From the NCBI GenBank assembly GCA_963706595.1, contig OY970166.1:5248001-5312000 (forward strand): a DNA stretch of 64,000 nucleotides, in the 5' to 3' direction. Position 1 is the first letter of the stretch. Each line of letters begins with the position of its first letter. Shown piece after piece: positions 55,204 to 64,000 of the stretch. The notes under the pieces were generated by a model that was not told where the DNA came from, did no database searches, and was given only the letters and a program-made list of their open reading frames with translations. Source of the DNA: an uncultured cyanobacterium (lineage in GTDB: Bacteria > Cyanobacteriota > Cyanobacteriia > Cyanobacteriales > Nostocaceae). Both the position numbers and the translations under genes were made by a program.

Positions 55204-55285
55204 GCAAAAAAGAAGGCACTCCAACTTCATTGGAATGCCTTTTGCTCTAGTGAACCTCTCCCAATTGCCTTGGGATGGGCTACTA
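55204..55285 (+). other. Two-hairpin structured leader or candidate ncRNA
   Basis: AAGGCACTCCAA-CTTCA-TTGGAATGCCTT and TCCCAA-TTGCC-TTGGGA, closed by TAGT/ACTA. Confidence 0.5.
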
Positions 55286-55349
55286 ACTTGCTTCATTTAA
55301 ATTGTTTGTAGAATTCTCAAACTCCGAAATAAAATCAAAGGAACGAAAA

Positions 55350-55682
55350 ATGAGAACTATATCTAACCATGATAACTCATCGGCTGTTGACATAGCACAA
55401 ACACTTGCCCCTCTTCCTGCTCCTCTGCCTGAAAAAATTACATTTATGGAAGTGACGCTGGCTTTAGTCAACGCACAAAACCAACAAATTCAGGAAAAAC
55501 GGGATGATGAGAGACGTGGGTATTTAATGCAAGACATTATGCGGTTAATTGCACAGCTTGGAATTCCCTCTGGTAATCAGCGTGTTCTCAAAGCAATGAC
55601 AACTTCACAACTTGATGCTTATGCAGAGGAGTTGTCTCAGCAGCTAAAAAACCGTCCGATGAAACATCTGTCAGTAGCATAG
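55350..55682 (+). CDS. Small hypothetical helical protein divergent from the RT
   Basis: ATG at 55350 after AAAGGA; 110 aa; followed by a hairpin. Confidence 0.65.
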   Translation: MRTISNHDNSSAVDIAQTLAPLPAPLPEKITFMEVTLALVNAQNQQIQEKRDDERRGYLMQDIMRLIAQLGIPSGNQRVLKAMTTSQLDAYAEELSQQLKNRPMKHLSVA

Positions 55683-55697
55683 TACAATGTAATTTGA

Positions 55698-55728
55698 CCA
55701 GGAGGGGCATTTATTATGCCTTTCTTGG
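55698..55728 (+). terminator. Hairpin after the small ORF
   Basis: CCAGGAGGGGCAT-TTATT-ATGCCTTTCTTGG. Confidence 0.5.
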
Positions 55729-55810
55729 GTTGCGAAGTCAGGTAGTGAACTCCAATTTCCCCATTAAGCCCCAAAAACAGCAATATTTTCAAACTTTTCT
55801 ATCATATTTC

Positions 55811-55849
55811 TCCCCTCCTCGCTTGCGGGGAGGGGCTGGGGGTGGGGTT
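55811..55849. repeat. Dispersed G/C-rich palindromic repeat, copy 3
   Basis: Near-identical to 651-690; abuts the bioB stop codon. Confidence 0.85.
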
Positions 55850-56861
55850 AAACTACAACGACTGGAGTTGTCACCTTTTCCGGTCTTTGGTGGGGAGGAC
55901 GCATTTCTAAGCCCAACAAATTCAGCATTTCTTTGTCAGCGTCATAATCTGGACAGGGAGTAGTGACTGTGAGCATTTGATTATCATCGCTGGAGAAGAT
56001 GGAATTTGCCCCAGCCATAAAGCATAAGGCTTGTTCCACTTGGGAAAGTCTCGCCCTACCAGCACTCAGACGCACGTCAGAATTTGGCATAATTATTCTG
56101 GCTGTGGCGATCATGCGTACTACTTCCCAAATCGGTACATCTGGTTGGTTTTCTAGGGGTGTACCGGGGACTTGGGAAAGAATATTAATGGGGACGGACT
56201 CTGGATGAGGTTGTAAATTTGATAGAGTTTCTAACATCCCCACACGATCTTCGACGCTTTCGCCTAAACCGAGGATACCGCCAGAACAGACGGTGACATT
56301 TGTCTGTCGGACATTATCGATTGTATTCAGGCGATCGCCATAAGTTCTCGTGGTAATAATCGTATTATAATATTCCGCAGAAGTATCCAAGTTATGGTTA
56401 TAAGCATATAGTCCGGCTGCTTCTAAGCGTTTCGCCTGATTTGTGGTCAGCATTCCCAGAGTACAGCAGACTTCTAAACCCATATCGGTGACTTCTTTCA
56501 CCATTTCCAGGACTGTCTCAAATTGCGAGTTATCCCGCACTTCCCGCCAAGCTGCACCCATGCAAACGCGACTTACGCCCGTTGCTTTGGCTTTTTGGGC
56601 AATATTAATCACTGTTTCCTTCTCTAACAGTGCTTGAGGCTTGACTTCGGTTTGATAACGGGAAGACTGGGCGCAGTAGCCGCAATCTTCGGGACAAGCA
56701 CCTGTTTTAATGGAGATTAGCTTACAAACTTGTATTTTTGTTGAATCATGATATTGGCGATGCACGCTAGCAGCTTGATAAATCAGCTCTAGGAATGGAG
56801 TGTTGTATATCGCCTGAATCTCTGCTTTCTGCCAATTATAGCGTATTCCCACCGACATCAC
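55848..56861 (-). CDS. bioB: Biotin synthase
   Basis: CPEDCGYC radical-SAM motif, [15 protein letters not shown]. Confidence 0.97.
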   Translation of the reverse strand: MMSVGIRYNWQKAEIQAIYNTPFLELIYQAASVHRQYHDSTKIQVCKLISIKTGACPEDCGYCAQSSRYQTEVKPQALLEKETVINIAQKAKATGVSRVCMGAAWREVRDNSQFETVLEMVKEVTDMGLEVCCTLGMLTTNQAKRLEAAGLYAYNHNLDTSAEYYNTIITTRTYGDRLNTIDNVRQTNVTVCSGGILGLGESVEDRVGMLETLSNLQPHPESVPINILSQVPGTPLENQPDVPIWEVVRMIATARIIMPNSDVRLSAGRARLSQVEQALCFMAGANSIFSSDDNQMLTVTTPCPDYDADKEMLNLLGLEMRPPHQRPEKVTTPVVVV

Positions 56862-56957
56862 TATCCTTCTTATAAACTGGATTGATCAAGAGCCATGTTT
56901 TGCTGGCTCTTTTAAATATTAGACATCAGCTTACCAAGATTTTGGTGATCTGGCAGA

Positions 56958-57563
56958 TTGATTGTAAAAATTATTACTCTTATGAAATCAGAACTCCCAC
57001 TTATTACGAGCGATCGCCTGACATTAAGAATTGCTATTAAAAAGGATATACCACAACTAATTAAATATTTCTCTGACAATAAAACTTATTTTACACCATT
57101 TTATCCGATTTTATTTAATCAGTTGTATACAGAAGAATATTGGCAATATCAAATTGAAAACAATGTCTTGGAGTTCATCCATGACCAATCATTAAAGCTG
57201 TTTATTTTTCCGCAGAAAAAAGCCACGAAAGTTATTGGAACAATAAATTTTACTAATTTCATCCGAGGCGCAGCGCATTTTTGCTATGTGGGATATAGTT
57301 TGGCAGAATCTGAGCAAGGTCAAGGGTATATGACAGAAGCCTTAAAAGTTGCGACTGATTATGTATTTGAAGAATTAAATTTTCATCGCATCATGGCTAA
57401 TTATATGCCTCACAATCGGCGTAGTGGTAATGTCTTAAAAAGACTCGGTTTTGTGGTGGAAGGATATGCGAGAGATTATTTATTAATTAATGGTAAATGG
57501 GAAGATCATATTCTCACAAGTTTAGTCAATCCCCACTGGAAACCAGAGGATTTGACTTTGTAA
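56958..57563 (+). CDS. rimJ: RimJ-like ribosomal-protein-alanine N-acetyltransferase (likely ATG at 56982)
   Basis: GYSLAESEQGQGYMTEAL, HRIMANYMPHNRRS, INGKWEDH. Confidence 0.85.
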   Translation: MIVKIITLMKSELPLITSDRLTLRIAIKKDIPQLIKYFSDNKTYFTPFYPILFNQLYTEEYWQYQIENNVLEFIHDQSLKLFIFPQKKATKVIGTINFTNFIRGAAHFCYVGYSLAESEQGQGYMTEALKVATDYVFEELNFHRIMANYMPHNRRSGNVLKRLGFVVEGYARDYLLINGKWEDHILTSLVNPHWKPEDLTL

Positions 57564-57602
57564 GGGATGAGTAGAACCTCACCCCCAACCCCTCTCCTTA
57601 TT

Positions 57603-57922
57603 AAGGAGAGGGGAGAATTAAGCCGCCGGGAGTCCAAAGTAATTTCCAATCCCCCTGCTCCCTGCTCCCTGCTTCTTTCTCAATCTGGTCTCAAGTTTGT
57701 AGGGTGTGTTGTCGCGTAGCGCAACGCACCATCCTAAATTTCGGTGCGTTAGGACTAAAGTCCATAACGCACCCTACCAAATGAAAGGTTTTTGGACTTG
57801 TGTGTACACCGTAGTTCCTTCCCAAGGAGAGGGGAGAATTAAGCCGCCGGGAGGGAGTCCAAAGTAATTTCCAATCCCCCTGCTCCCTGCTCCCCCGCTT
57901 CTTTTTCAATCTGGTCTCAAGT
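57603..57922. repeat. ~95-bp direct duplication (57603-57696 and 57824-57922) bracketing a REP-like palindrome and a lone MITE end
   Basis: Both copies read AAGGAGAGGGGAGAATTAAGCCGCCGGGAG...CAATCTGGTCTCAAGT. GTAGGGTG...CACCCTAC at 57699-57777. GACTTGTGTGTACACCGTAG at 57795-57814 is identical to 715-734. Confidence 0.85.
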
Positions 57923-60803
57923 CGTTAGATAATTCGATAATTCCTCTAGAGCCATCCATCCGTACCCGTTGCCCATCCTGTAATATCCAGGTGGCATTGT
58001 GAACATCCATGATGGCGGGAATTCCGTACTCACGCGCGATGATTGCACCGTGGGAAAGTCGCCCACCAGCCTCAGCAATTAAGCCGCCAGCCCTGACTAA
58101 CAGAGGGGCCCAGCCGGAATCTGTGTAAGGTACTACCAAAATTGTTTCGCGGTTGATTTCTGGTAAATCTTGTAAATTCCTTACCACCTTGATTCTTCCT
58201 TCGGCTTGTCCGTGACTGGCGGGAATACCCTGTAATGTTTGGTCTGAGTAAAGAGGCGAGGGGGGAAGGGGATGGGGTGGTGTATGCCCGTAAACTAAAA
58301 GGGGGATTTGATTAAACTGACTATCTTGGTCGAATTGCGATCGCCTCAATTGTACTATCTCAGATAAATTTTTCCTGAGTTGAAAATCATCACCCACTAC
58401 TAAGCGCCGCACTTCCGGTAATTCTAGAAAAAAGATATCCCCAGTTTGCTGAAGTAAGCCGGATTTTAACCAAATTTGCTCTAAGGCTACAAATCGCCAG
58501 CGCAATTCAGCCAATAGTCGAGAATACAGTTCGGTAACTCGTCCTTTAATATCTACCCGTCGCTGTACTACCCCTCGTTTGCGCTTGGCTGATAAAATTC
58601 GATTGATGGCATCTCCACCATCTCCATCTGTCTCTGCTCTATTTTGCAATAACTGCACAAACAATTGCTTGATGGGTTGGGGGTTTTCCTTCCAGGTCGG
58701 AACAGCAATATTTGTCCCCACATCACTTAAATAACCGTAATCTTCCAGCAGTTCGTTAAATTCATCGAGAATTTTTTCTCCCTCTGGGGTTTGTGACAAT
58801 TGTTCAAATACTTGATTTGGTTCGCACTCAGGTAATACTTGTTTCGCATCTGCGGCTAAAGCAGTGAGCGATCGCAATGCTGATACTTCTGGAGCTACAC
58901 TGTGATCAATTTCCTCATCTTTGACCCGAAAAATGGCCTGTCTCAAGGCTGCACTCAAGGGCGCTAAGATGCTGTAATAAGTGCCACTGCGGAGCAATTG
59001 CAGAATCAAATCTATTTTTTCTAAGAGCTGGGGCGCTGTCAGTTCTTCTATAGATTCATTTGCTAGTTGTGACAAACCGGGAATAAATTTTCGACTATAA
59101 TCCCGCTTAAAGTCTTTTTCTAAGCTGAGTTCTTGCTTCAGCAGCCGCATTAATCCCGGCAAATTCGCCAAAGTGGACTTTAACGCTGGTTTGCTCATTT
59201 TAGCGCCTCTGGTTAAAAATTCCAGACTTTCCGGTGGTAAGCCCATCCGCAGAAAAATCTGTCCTAAGAGGGATGCGTTAAAATAAGCTCTAGAGTGATG
59301 CAGTGTGGCAGTTTCGGTAAAATCTAATCCCAAGGCGCGATCGCCTAAAACCAAAGTGAAAATATCTCCCCAAACCCCACAAGTTAGGGGGCGATTAATT
59401 GACCAGGTTAAGGGTTGAATGACACCAGGAATAACTTCGGCGGCGATTTTCCTGGTCCAGATAGGTAACAGGGTCGTAATGGGTCGAGATTGCAAAACCC
59501 AGAGATTTTGACTGTCATAGGTCCATTCAATATCTTGGGGCAGACCGTGATATTGTTTTTCTAGTCGCCGGACTAAGTATACTACTTGTTTAATTAATGC
59601 TTGTGGTACTTGCCCTCTGCCCTCTAACTGCACAGAGGAAATATTCTCTGTTTCTACCACAAAAGCGCGATATTGTTCTGGTGTAACTTTGCCGGAAACA
59701 ACTTGAGTGGCGCTACCGGGTAAAGCTTCAATGACAATTGCATCGCCTTGTTGGGTGATGGGGTCGCGACTGAAAGCTACGCCAGAATACACACTCTGAA
59801 TTTGTTGTTGTACCAGTACTGCCATTGCTGTATCTGGTAAACCGCGATCGCGCCGATATTGGACAGCCGATGGATGATTGTATGAAGCTTGGACTTGAGC
59901 GATCGCCACTTTTAATTCCTGTTGGCTGGTAACATTCAAAATTGTTATGTACTGTCCAGCCGCCGAAGCTTGTTCCGAGTCTTCCCCGATAGCCGAGGAA
60001 CGCACCACTAAAGGAGATAAATCAGAAGGCTGAAGCATTGCAATCAAGCCTTCGGGATCATCCGTTGGGGAAATCACCCATCCTTTCGGCACTGGATAGC
60101 CCCAGCGCTTAATTTGAGATAATGTAGCGGCTTTTTGACCGACCACAGCCGGATCTAACTCGTCATCTAGAGAAAGAAGCGAGCGATTACCGCGTAAATA
60201 TGCAAAAGCTGCTTGTGAATCTGTCTCGGCTGCTTGGACTGGCAAATTCAAATCATCGGGAATTTTTGTGTAAATCCACCCCAATACACTAGCTAGGACA
60301 ATAGCCGCCATGACTTTGGGGAAATTGCCAACATTCAGAAGCAAGACAAACACGGGAAACACAAATAAAACTCCGAATTTTACCCGTTGCCGAGATTGCA
60401 GAACTGTAAAACTGATAATTGCCAACAAACCTGTAAATATCGAAACCAGGGGGTCATGGACGATAAATCCCCAAACGACGTTGGTTGTACCTGCCCCTCT
60501 ACCTACCCCATATCTACCTAATACCAAAGTCATCAGGGCGATTAATTCCCAAGCCGATCCTTCGGGAAAAAACACGCGAGACAGGAATACTGCCACAATT
60601 CCTTTGATTGCTTCTGACAAAACAGCCAGAATACCTACTAGTCTGCCGCCATGATAAAAAGCGGCTGAAACGCTGATGTTTTTAGTGCCAATTTGTGATA
60701 ACTGCCTACCTTTGAGGGCGTAGGTAATCCAATCAATAATTGGTAACGCTCCCAAGACTGGACAGGCAATTAAAATAACTAAGGCTCCCCAAAGTTCACT
60801 CAT
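57906..60803 (-). CDS. PlsY-like acyltransferase membrane domain fused to PEP-synthase/PPDK-like nucleotide-binding and phosphohistidine domains
   Basis: GTKNISVSAA, SEAIKG and GRGAGT (PlsY-like); VVRSSAIGEDS, QDIEW, LQSRPIT; GGRLSHGAIIAREYGIPA. Confidence 0.85.
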   Translation of the reverse strand: MSELWGALVILIACPVLGALPIIDWITYALKGRQLSQIGTKNISVSAAFYHGGRLVGILAVLSEAIKGIVAVFLSRVFFPEGSAWELIALMTLVLGRYGVGRGAGTTNVVWGFIVHDPLVSIFTGLLAIISFTVLQSRQRVKFGVLFVFPVFVLLLNVGNFPKVMAAIVLASVLGWIYTKIPDDLNLPVQAAETDSQAAFAYLRGNRSLLSLDDELDPAVVGQKAATLSQIKRWGYPVPKGWVISPTDDPEGLIAMLQPSDLSPLVVRSSAIGEDSEQASAAGQYITILNVTSQQELKVAIAQVQASYNHPSAVQYRRDRGLPDTAMAVLVQQQIQSVYSGVAFSRDPITQQGDAIVIEALPGSATQVVSGKVTPEQYRAFVVETENISSVQLEGRGQVPQALIKQVVYLVRRLEKQYHGLPQDIEWTYDSQNLWVLQSRPITTLLPIWTRKIAAEVIPGVIQPLTWSINRPLTCGVWGDIFTLVLGDRALGLDFTETATLHHSRAYFNASLLGQIFLRMGLPPESLEFLTRGAKMSKPALKSTLANLPGLMRLLKQELSLEKDFKRDYSRKFIPGLSQLANESIEELTAPQLLEKIDLILQLLRSGTYYSILAPLSAALRQAIFRVKDEEIDHSVAPEVSALRSLTALAADAKQVLPECEPNQVFEQLSQTPEGEKILDEFNELLEDYGYLSDVGTNIAVPTWKENPQPIKQLFVQLLQNRAETDGDGGDAINRILSAKRKRGVVQRRVDIKGRVTELYSRLLAELRWRFVALEQIWLKSGLLQQTGDIFFLELPEVRRLVVGDDFQLRKNLSEIVQLRRSQFDQDSQFNQIPLLVYGHTPPHPLPPSPLYSDQTLQGIPASHGQAEGRIKVVRNLQDLPEINRETILVVPYTDSGWAPLLVRAGGLIAEAGGRLSHGAIIAREYGIPAIMDVHNATWILQDGQRVRMDGSRGIIELSNDLRPD

Positions 60804-60973
60804 TATGGATTTTTAATTTTAGATTTATTTTCCCTCTAAAACCTTAAATCTAAAATTATCAAATTTTTCTGAAATTTTTTGATGGTAGTTAGGGCGCTTT
60901 TTTTACTTGATTGATGGACACTTGGCTCAGGTAGAAACCTTTGTTGCAAGTGTCCCTCTCAATTGTTAATTAC

Positions 60974-61114
60974 TTAGTTTAGCGCATAGGCAGCTTGCAA
61001 CGCCCAAAGAATTAAGGCAGCAATCGATCCCAATAGCAGCACAGTAGAGATGGTAACTACTCTGGGAGAATCTGCACCCTTAAATTTCATAATTCCGCGA
61101 TTTAAATCGGACAT
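60974..61114 (-). CDS. ndhQ: NDH-1 complex small subunit NdhQ (46 aa, absent from the ORF track)
   Basis: MSDLNRGIMKFKGADSPRVVTISTVLLLGSIAALILWALQAAYALN; AGGAGG RBS at 61125-61130. Confidence 0.88.
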   Translation of the reverse strand: MSDLNRGIMKFKGADSPRVVTISTVLLLGSIAALILWALQAAYALN

Positions 61115-61275
61115 AGCTTGTAAACCTCCTTTGTTACAGTGCTAATTTGTCCGTTTTGATTGTAGTCTTTCTATTTGCCGATCAAGCTAAATTACAGATA
61201 ATATTTTGTTTAAGCTTTGCAACAATGACCAAAAGAGGCAGGGGAGCAGGGAGCAAGGTGGAATTTTGTTTTTTA

Positions 61276-61318
61276 ACGCAAAGGTACGCGGAGGTTCACG
61301 CAAAGGTACGCGGAGGTT
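61276..61318. repeat. 21-bp direct repeat x2
   Basis: ACGCAAAGGTACGCGGAGGTT twice, separated by one C. Confidence 0.8.
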
Positions 61319-61350
61319 TTTTGCATCTCCGGATTTATGAATAATCTCAT

Positions 61351-61380
61351 AAAAAACCCTTGGCTGCATACCAAGGGCTT
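61351..61380 (-). terminator. Rho-independent terminator on the minus strand
   Basis: Minus strand AAGCCCTTGG-TATGCAG-CCAAGGGTTTTTT. Confidence 0.7.
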
Positions 61381-61606
61381 GTGTGAAAACTAATGCAATT
61401 GTACTACTCTAGTTCGGTAATTGCCTAGAACTGTGCATCTGCTTGCTGACAAGCAGCTAAACTGCCCTTTTTTGCACTGCTAGAGGCTCTCAATGAGCCT
61501 GCACTGCTGGAGAGTTAATTTCAATGGAGTGAAGTGCTGTTCATTTTTTGCAGAATCGTTATTTGGCAGTTGGGTCAGTTGTTGGTCATTTTAGAGTTAG
61601 CAATTT

Positions 61607-62983
61607 TTAAAATGCTCTAACTGGTACAGAGATAGGCTGTTTTTTACGTTGTATGACAAGTGAAGGTGTAATAATTCTGCGGATTTCATCAACACATTCT
61701 TGAGGAACTTGAAGAATTTTTGCCATGCGGTCGTGAAGTGCTAATTCTTGCTCATCTATTTTGCCATCTGCTTTAGCTATTTCCCAAGTAATAGCTAAAA
61801 TTAATCTGCGTTTGATTTCTCTCTTATCCTGTTTATCTTCATGGAGCAAATTTTTTCTAATAATATCATCAAATTTATCGTTAGAATCTAGTGACACCTG
61901 AACTCTATTTTTATCTTCTTGAGTGATTTGAGGATTATTCAACAGTTGCAGAACTGCCATTTTTTCTTCATCAGAAACTTCTCCATCAGCTTTGAGCATT
62001 GGTAGGGAAGATATAATAATATCAGAGAGAAACTGGCTTAACTTCTTCTCTTCTATCTTGCCAAGAGTAAACATAGTTGCACTGAACACTCCTGTCCCAA
62101 TTGTTAAGCCTAAAGCAATTGGAGCGGCGACTGTACACATACTAAAAGTAGCAGCACTGACAACAGTTTTGCTACCAAATACAAGCGTGTGAAGCGCTCC
62201 TGGGACAAAAGGAGTCCACCAAGCTGCTGGTGCTAAATTAGCAGCTGCCACTGTTGAAGCTAACATTCCACTCCCTGCACCGAATCCAGCACCTAAGACA
62301 AAAGAACCACCCACTTTTTTCCAAGGTTCAAGACTTTCACAAATTGTCTTAATTTCCGATTCATTTATAGTGGTTTTAGCAGAAGTTTTTGGATTTAAAT
62401 ACAAGACTAATTCGTGTATTTGCTTACTGAAGTATTTATTTATCTCTTTTGCTATATCTTCACCTTTTTCAGATATTTTCGGGGCTAGATTATTGAAAAT
62501 GTTTTGAATCTTTTGGGTGATTTCTGCCCATTTCGGACCCAACTGAACTTGTATAGTGAGAATATCATCTTGCATACTTTGCATATCATTAGCATAAATA
62601 GCTTTGAGATTTTCTAGATAAGGTTCGTTAAGTTGTGTGATTAAATCTAAAGTTGTCAAAATAACAACTAAAGAAATTAGTAACGCAATTGGAGTTGTGA
62701 CTGCACCAATAATGGGAACACCTGTAAATGGCACAAAAGAATGAGCCATAAAGGTTAAGATACTCCCTAGAATTAATAGAGCGCTTGTCACATACTTTCT
62801 CGTTTGTGATTCAGGTGCGGCATCTTGATATAAAATAATTAAAGCTTTAATATAATGGGGGATTTGAGCAGATCGCGGAAGTGCAAACCCTAATAAACCT
62901 CCAAGTGAAGCAAAGATAATTGGAATGACAGAGGCAAAAAGACTGGTTACAGCTGGTAAAGCAAGCCCTGTGAATACAAACAT
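61607..62983 (-). CDS. Membrane protein with glycine-zipper segment and C-terminal TerB-like domain
   Basis: KADGEVSDEEK and IAKADGKIDEQE repeats; several TM segments. Confidence 0.7.
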   Translation of the reverse strand: MFVFTGLALPAVTSLFASVIPIIFASLGGLLGFALPRSAQIPHYIKALIILYQDAAPESQTRKYVTSALLILGSILTFMAHSFVPFTGVPIIGAVTTPIALLISLVVILTTLDLITQLNEPYLENLKAIYANDMQSMQDDILTIQVQLGPKWAEITQKIQNIFNNLAPKISEKGEDIAKEINKYFSKQIHELVLYLNPKTSAKTTINESEIKTICESLEPWKKVGGSFVLGAGFGAGSGMLASTVAAANLAPAAWWTPFVPGALHTLVFGSKTVVSAATFSMCTVAAPIALGLTIGTGVFSATMFTLGKIEEKKLSQFLSDIIISSLPMLKADGEVSDEEKMAVLQLLNNPQITQEDKNRVQVSLDSNDKFDDIIRKNLLHEDKQDKREIKRRLILAITWEIAKADGKIDEQELALHDRMAKILQVPQECVDEIRRIITPSLVIQRKKQPISVPVRAF

Positions 62984-63516
62984 TTTTTCTCCAAATTTAA
63001 AATCTAGTTATACAGTCAGGATGAGAAGCAAACTCTTAATCTTTATGGAATGTTAATTGTTTATACTACAAGGAAACATTCCGAAGTTTTGTAAACTCCT
63101 TCACCAGCATCCGTTATTTATATTGCTACCACCACAGTAGTAATAATGATATTTAATTTAAGAGATGATGAAGAGGAGAATTGATAAACCTTTAACTGTG
63201 ATGTTGCGTTGGCCTTACAGTCATAGCGTTTAGCATCATCCATAATATTGGAATACTTCATTAAGTACCTGCAAATCTAGCTAATACTAATCATAGTTGG
63301 GTAGATATACTAGGTAAGCATCCCAATTTTTTAAGTCCAGTCTCATGGAATTCACTACTACACAGAAAAGACGTATAGCTTTTGTACCAGAGGGAAGGCT
63401 ACCTACGCGGGTTTCAAGTTCCTGGAGTCCGAGCAGGCTGACTTCGTTTGTATAGCCGCTTAAACTATGTTAGATCATTGGTTCTTAATAAAAGTTTTAT
63501 CGGAGGGCGTTTATAG

Positions 63517-64000
63517 GTGAAGTTAGCACTAATTATATTTTTGGCGGTTGTGGGGTTATTTGTGGTGCTGGAAGTAGGATTGCGATCGCTCTTGGGTTTT
63601 GGTAATCCTTTGATTTATATTGGTGATCCGCAAATTGGTTATTTATTAGCCCCAAATCAACGCACTCGCCGTTTTGGTAATCGCATTGAAGTTAATCAGT
63701 ATTCTATGCGAAGCGCACCTGTGGAAAAAATACCCGCAGCTTCTACTCTCCGGGTGCTAATTATTGGCGATTCTATTGCTAATGGTGGTTGGTGGACAGA
63801 CCAGGATAATACAATATCCAATTTGATCAGCCTGGCTTTAAAAGCAAAAAATCTTAGTAATTACCAGGATATCGAAGTCTTAAATGCTTCGGCTAATTCT
63901 TGGGGACCGAGAAACGAATTAGCCTATTTACAACGATTTGGTAACTTTCAGGCTCAAGTAGTGGTGTTATTAATTAATACTGATGATTTATTTGGCACTG
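63517..64000 (+). CDS. SGNH/GDSL hydrolase family protein (3' end lies outside the window)
   Basis: GTG start after GGAGG; N-terminal TM helix; VLIIGDSIANGG, NASANSWGP, LINTDD. Confidence 0.85.
   Translation, partial: MKLALIIFLAVVGLFVVLEVGLRSLLGFGNPLIYIGDPQIGYLLAPNQRTRRFGNRIEVNQYSMRSAPVEKIPAASTLRVLIIGDSIANGGWWTDQDNTISNLISLALKAKNLSNYQDIEVLNASANSWGPRNELAYLQRFGNFQAQVVVLLINTDDLFGT

Noticed and set aside
57691..57909. 72-aa ORF, and similar ORFs at 414-638, 55694-55963 and 61147-61369
   Set aside because: They are made of repeat or MITE sequence, or overlap real genes.

Overview
64 kb from a heterocyst-forming (Nostocales-like) cyanobacterium, judged from frequent HIP1 GCGATCGC sites, STRR heptamer repeats, devBCA and ndhQ. 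Housekeeping genes (lepB, potC, pyrC, ftsH3, bioB, rimJ, ndhQ) flank two accessory blocks. (1) About 7-38 kb is an iron-linked hybrid FAAL/PKS/NRPS lipopeptide siderophore cluster. It encodes a C-TauD hydroxylase, an interface-type Asp module, a Pro-like module, a TonB-dependent receptor, a binding protein and Fur-box-like palindromes. It carries two frameshifts and apparently lacks a terminal module. (2) About 49-55.7 kb is an AT-rich island between ftsH and bioB with no HIP1 site seen. It encodes a 1182-aa HTH-RHH-methyltransferase-like-reverse transcriptase (YVDD)-helical-repeat fusion, directly followed by a UvrD helicase with an inserted DEDDh exonuclease. A divergent hairpin-led small gene sits behind back-to-back promoters. 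This island is the best candidate for an undescribed RT-based anti-phage system. Intergenic regions hold nested MITEs, REP-like palindromes and IS remnants. All calls are from motif reading only; no database searches were run.
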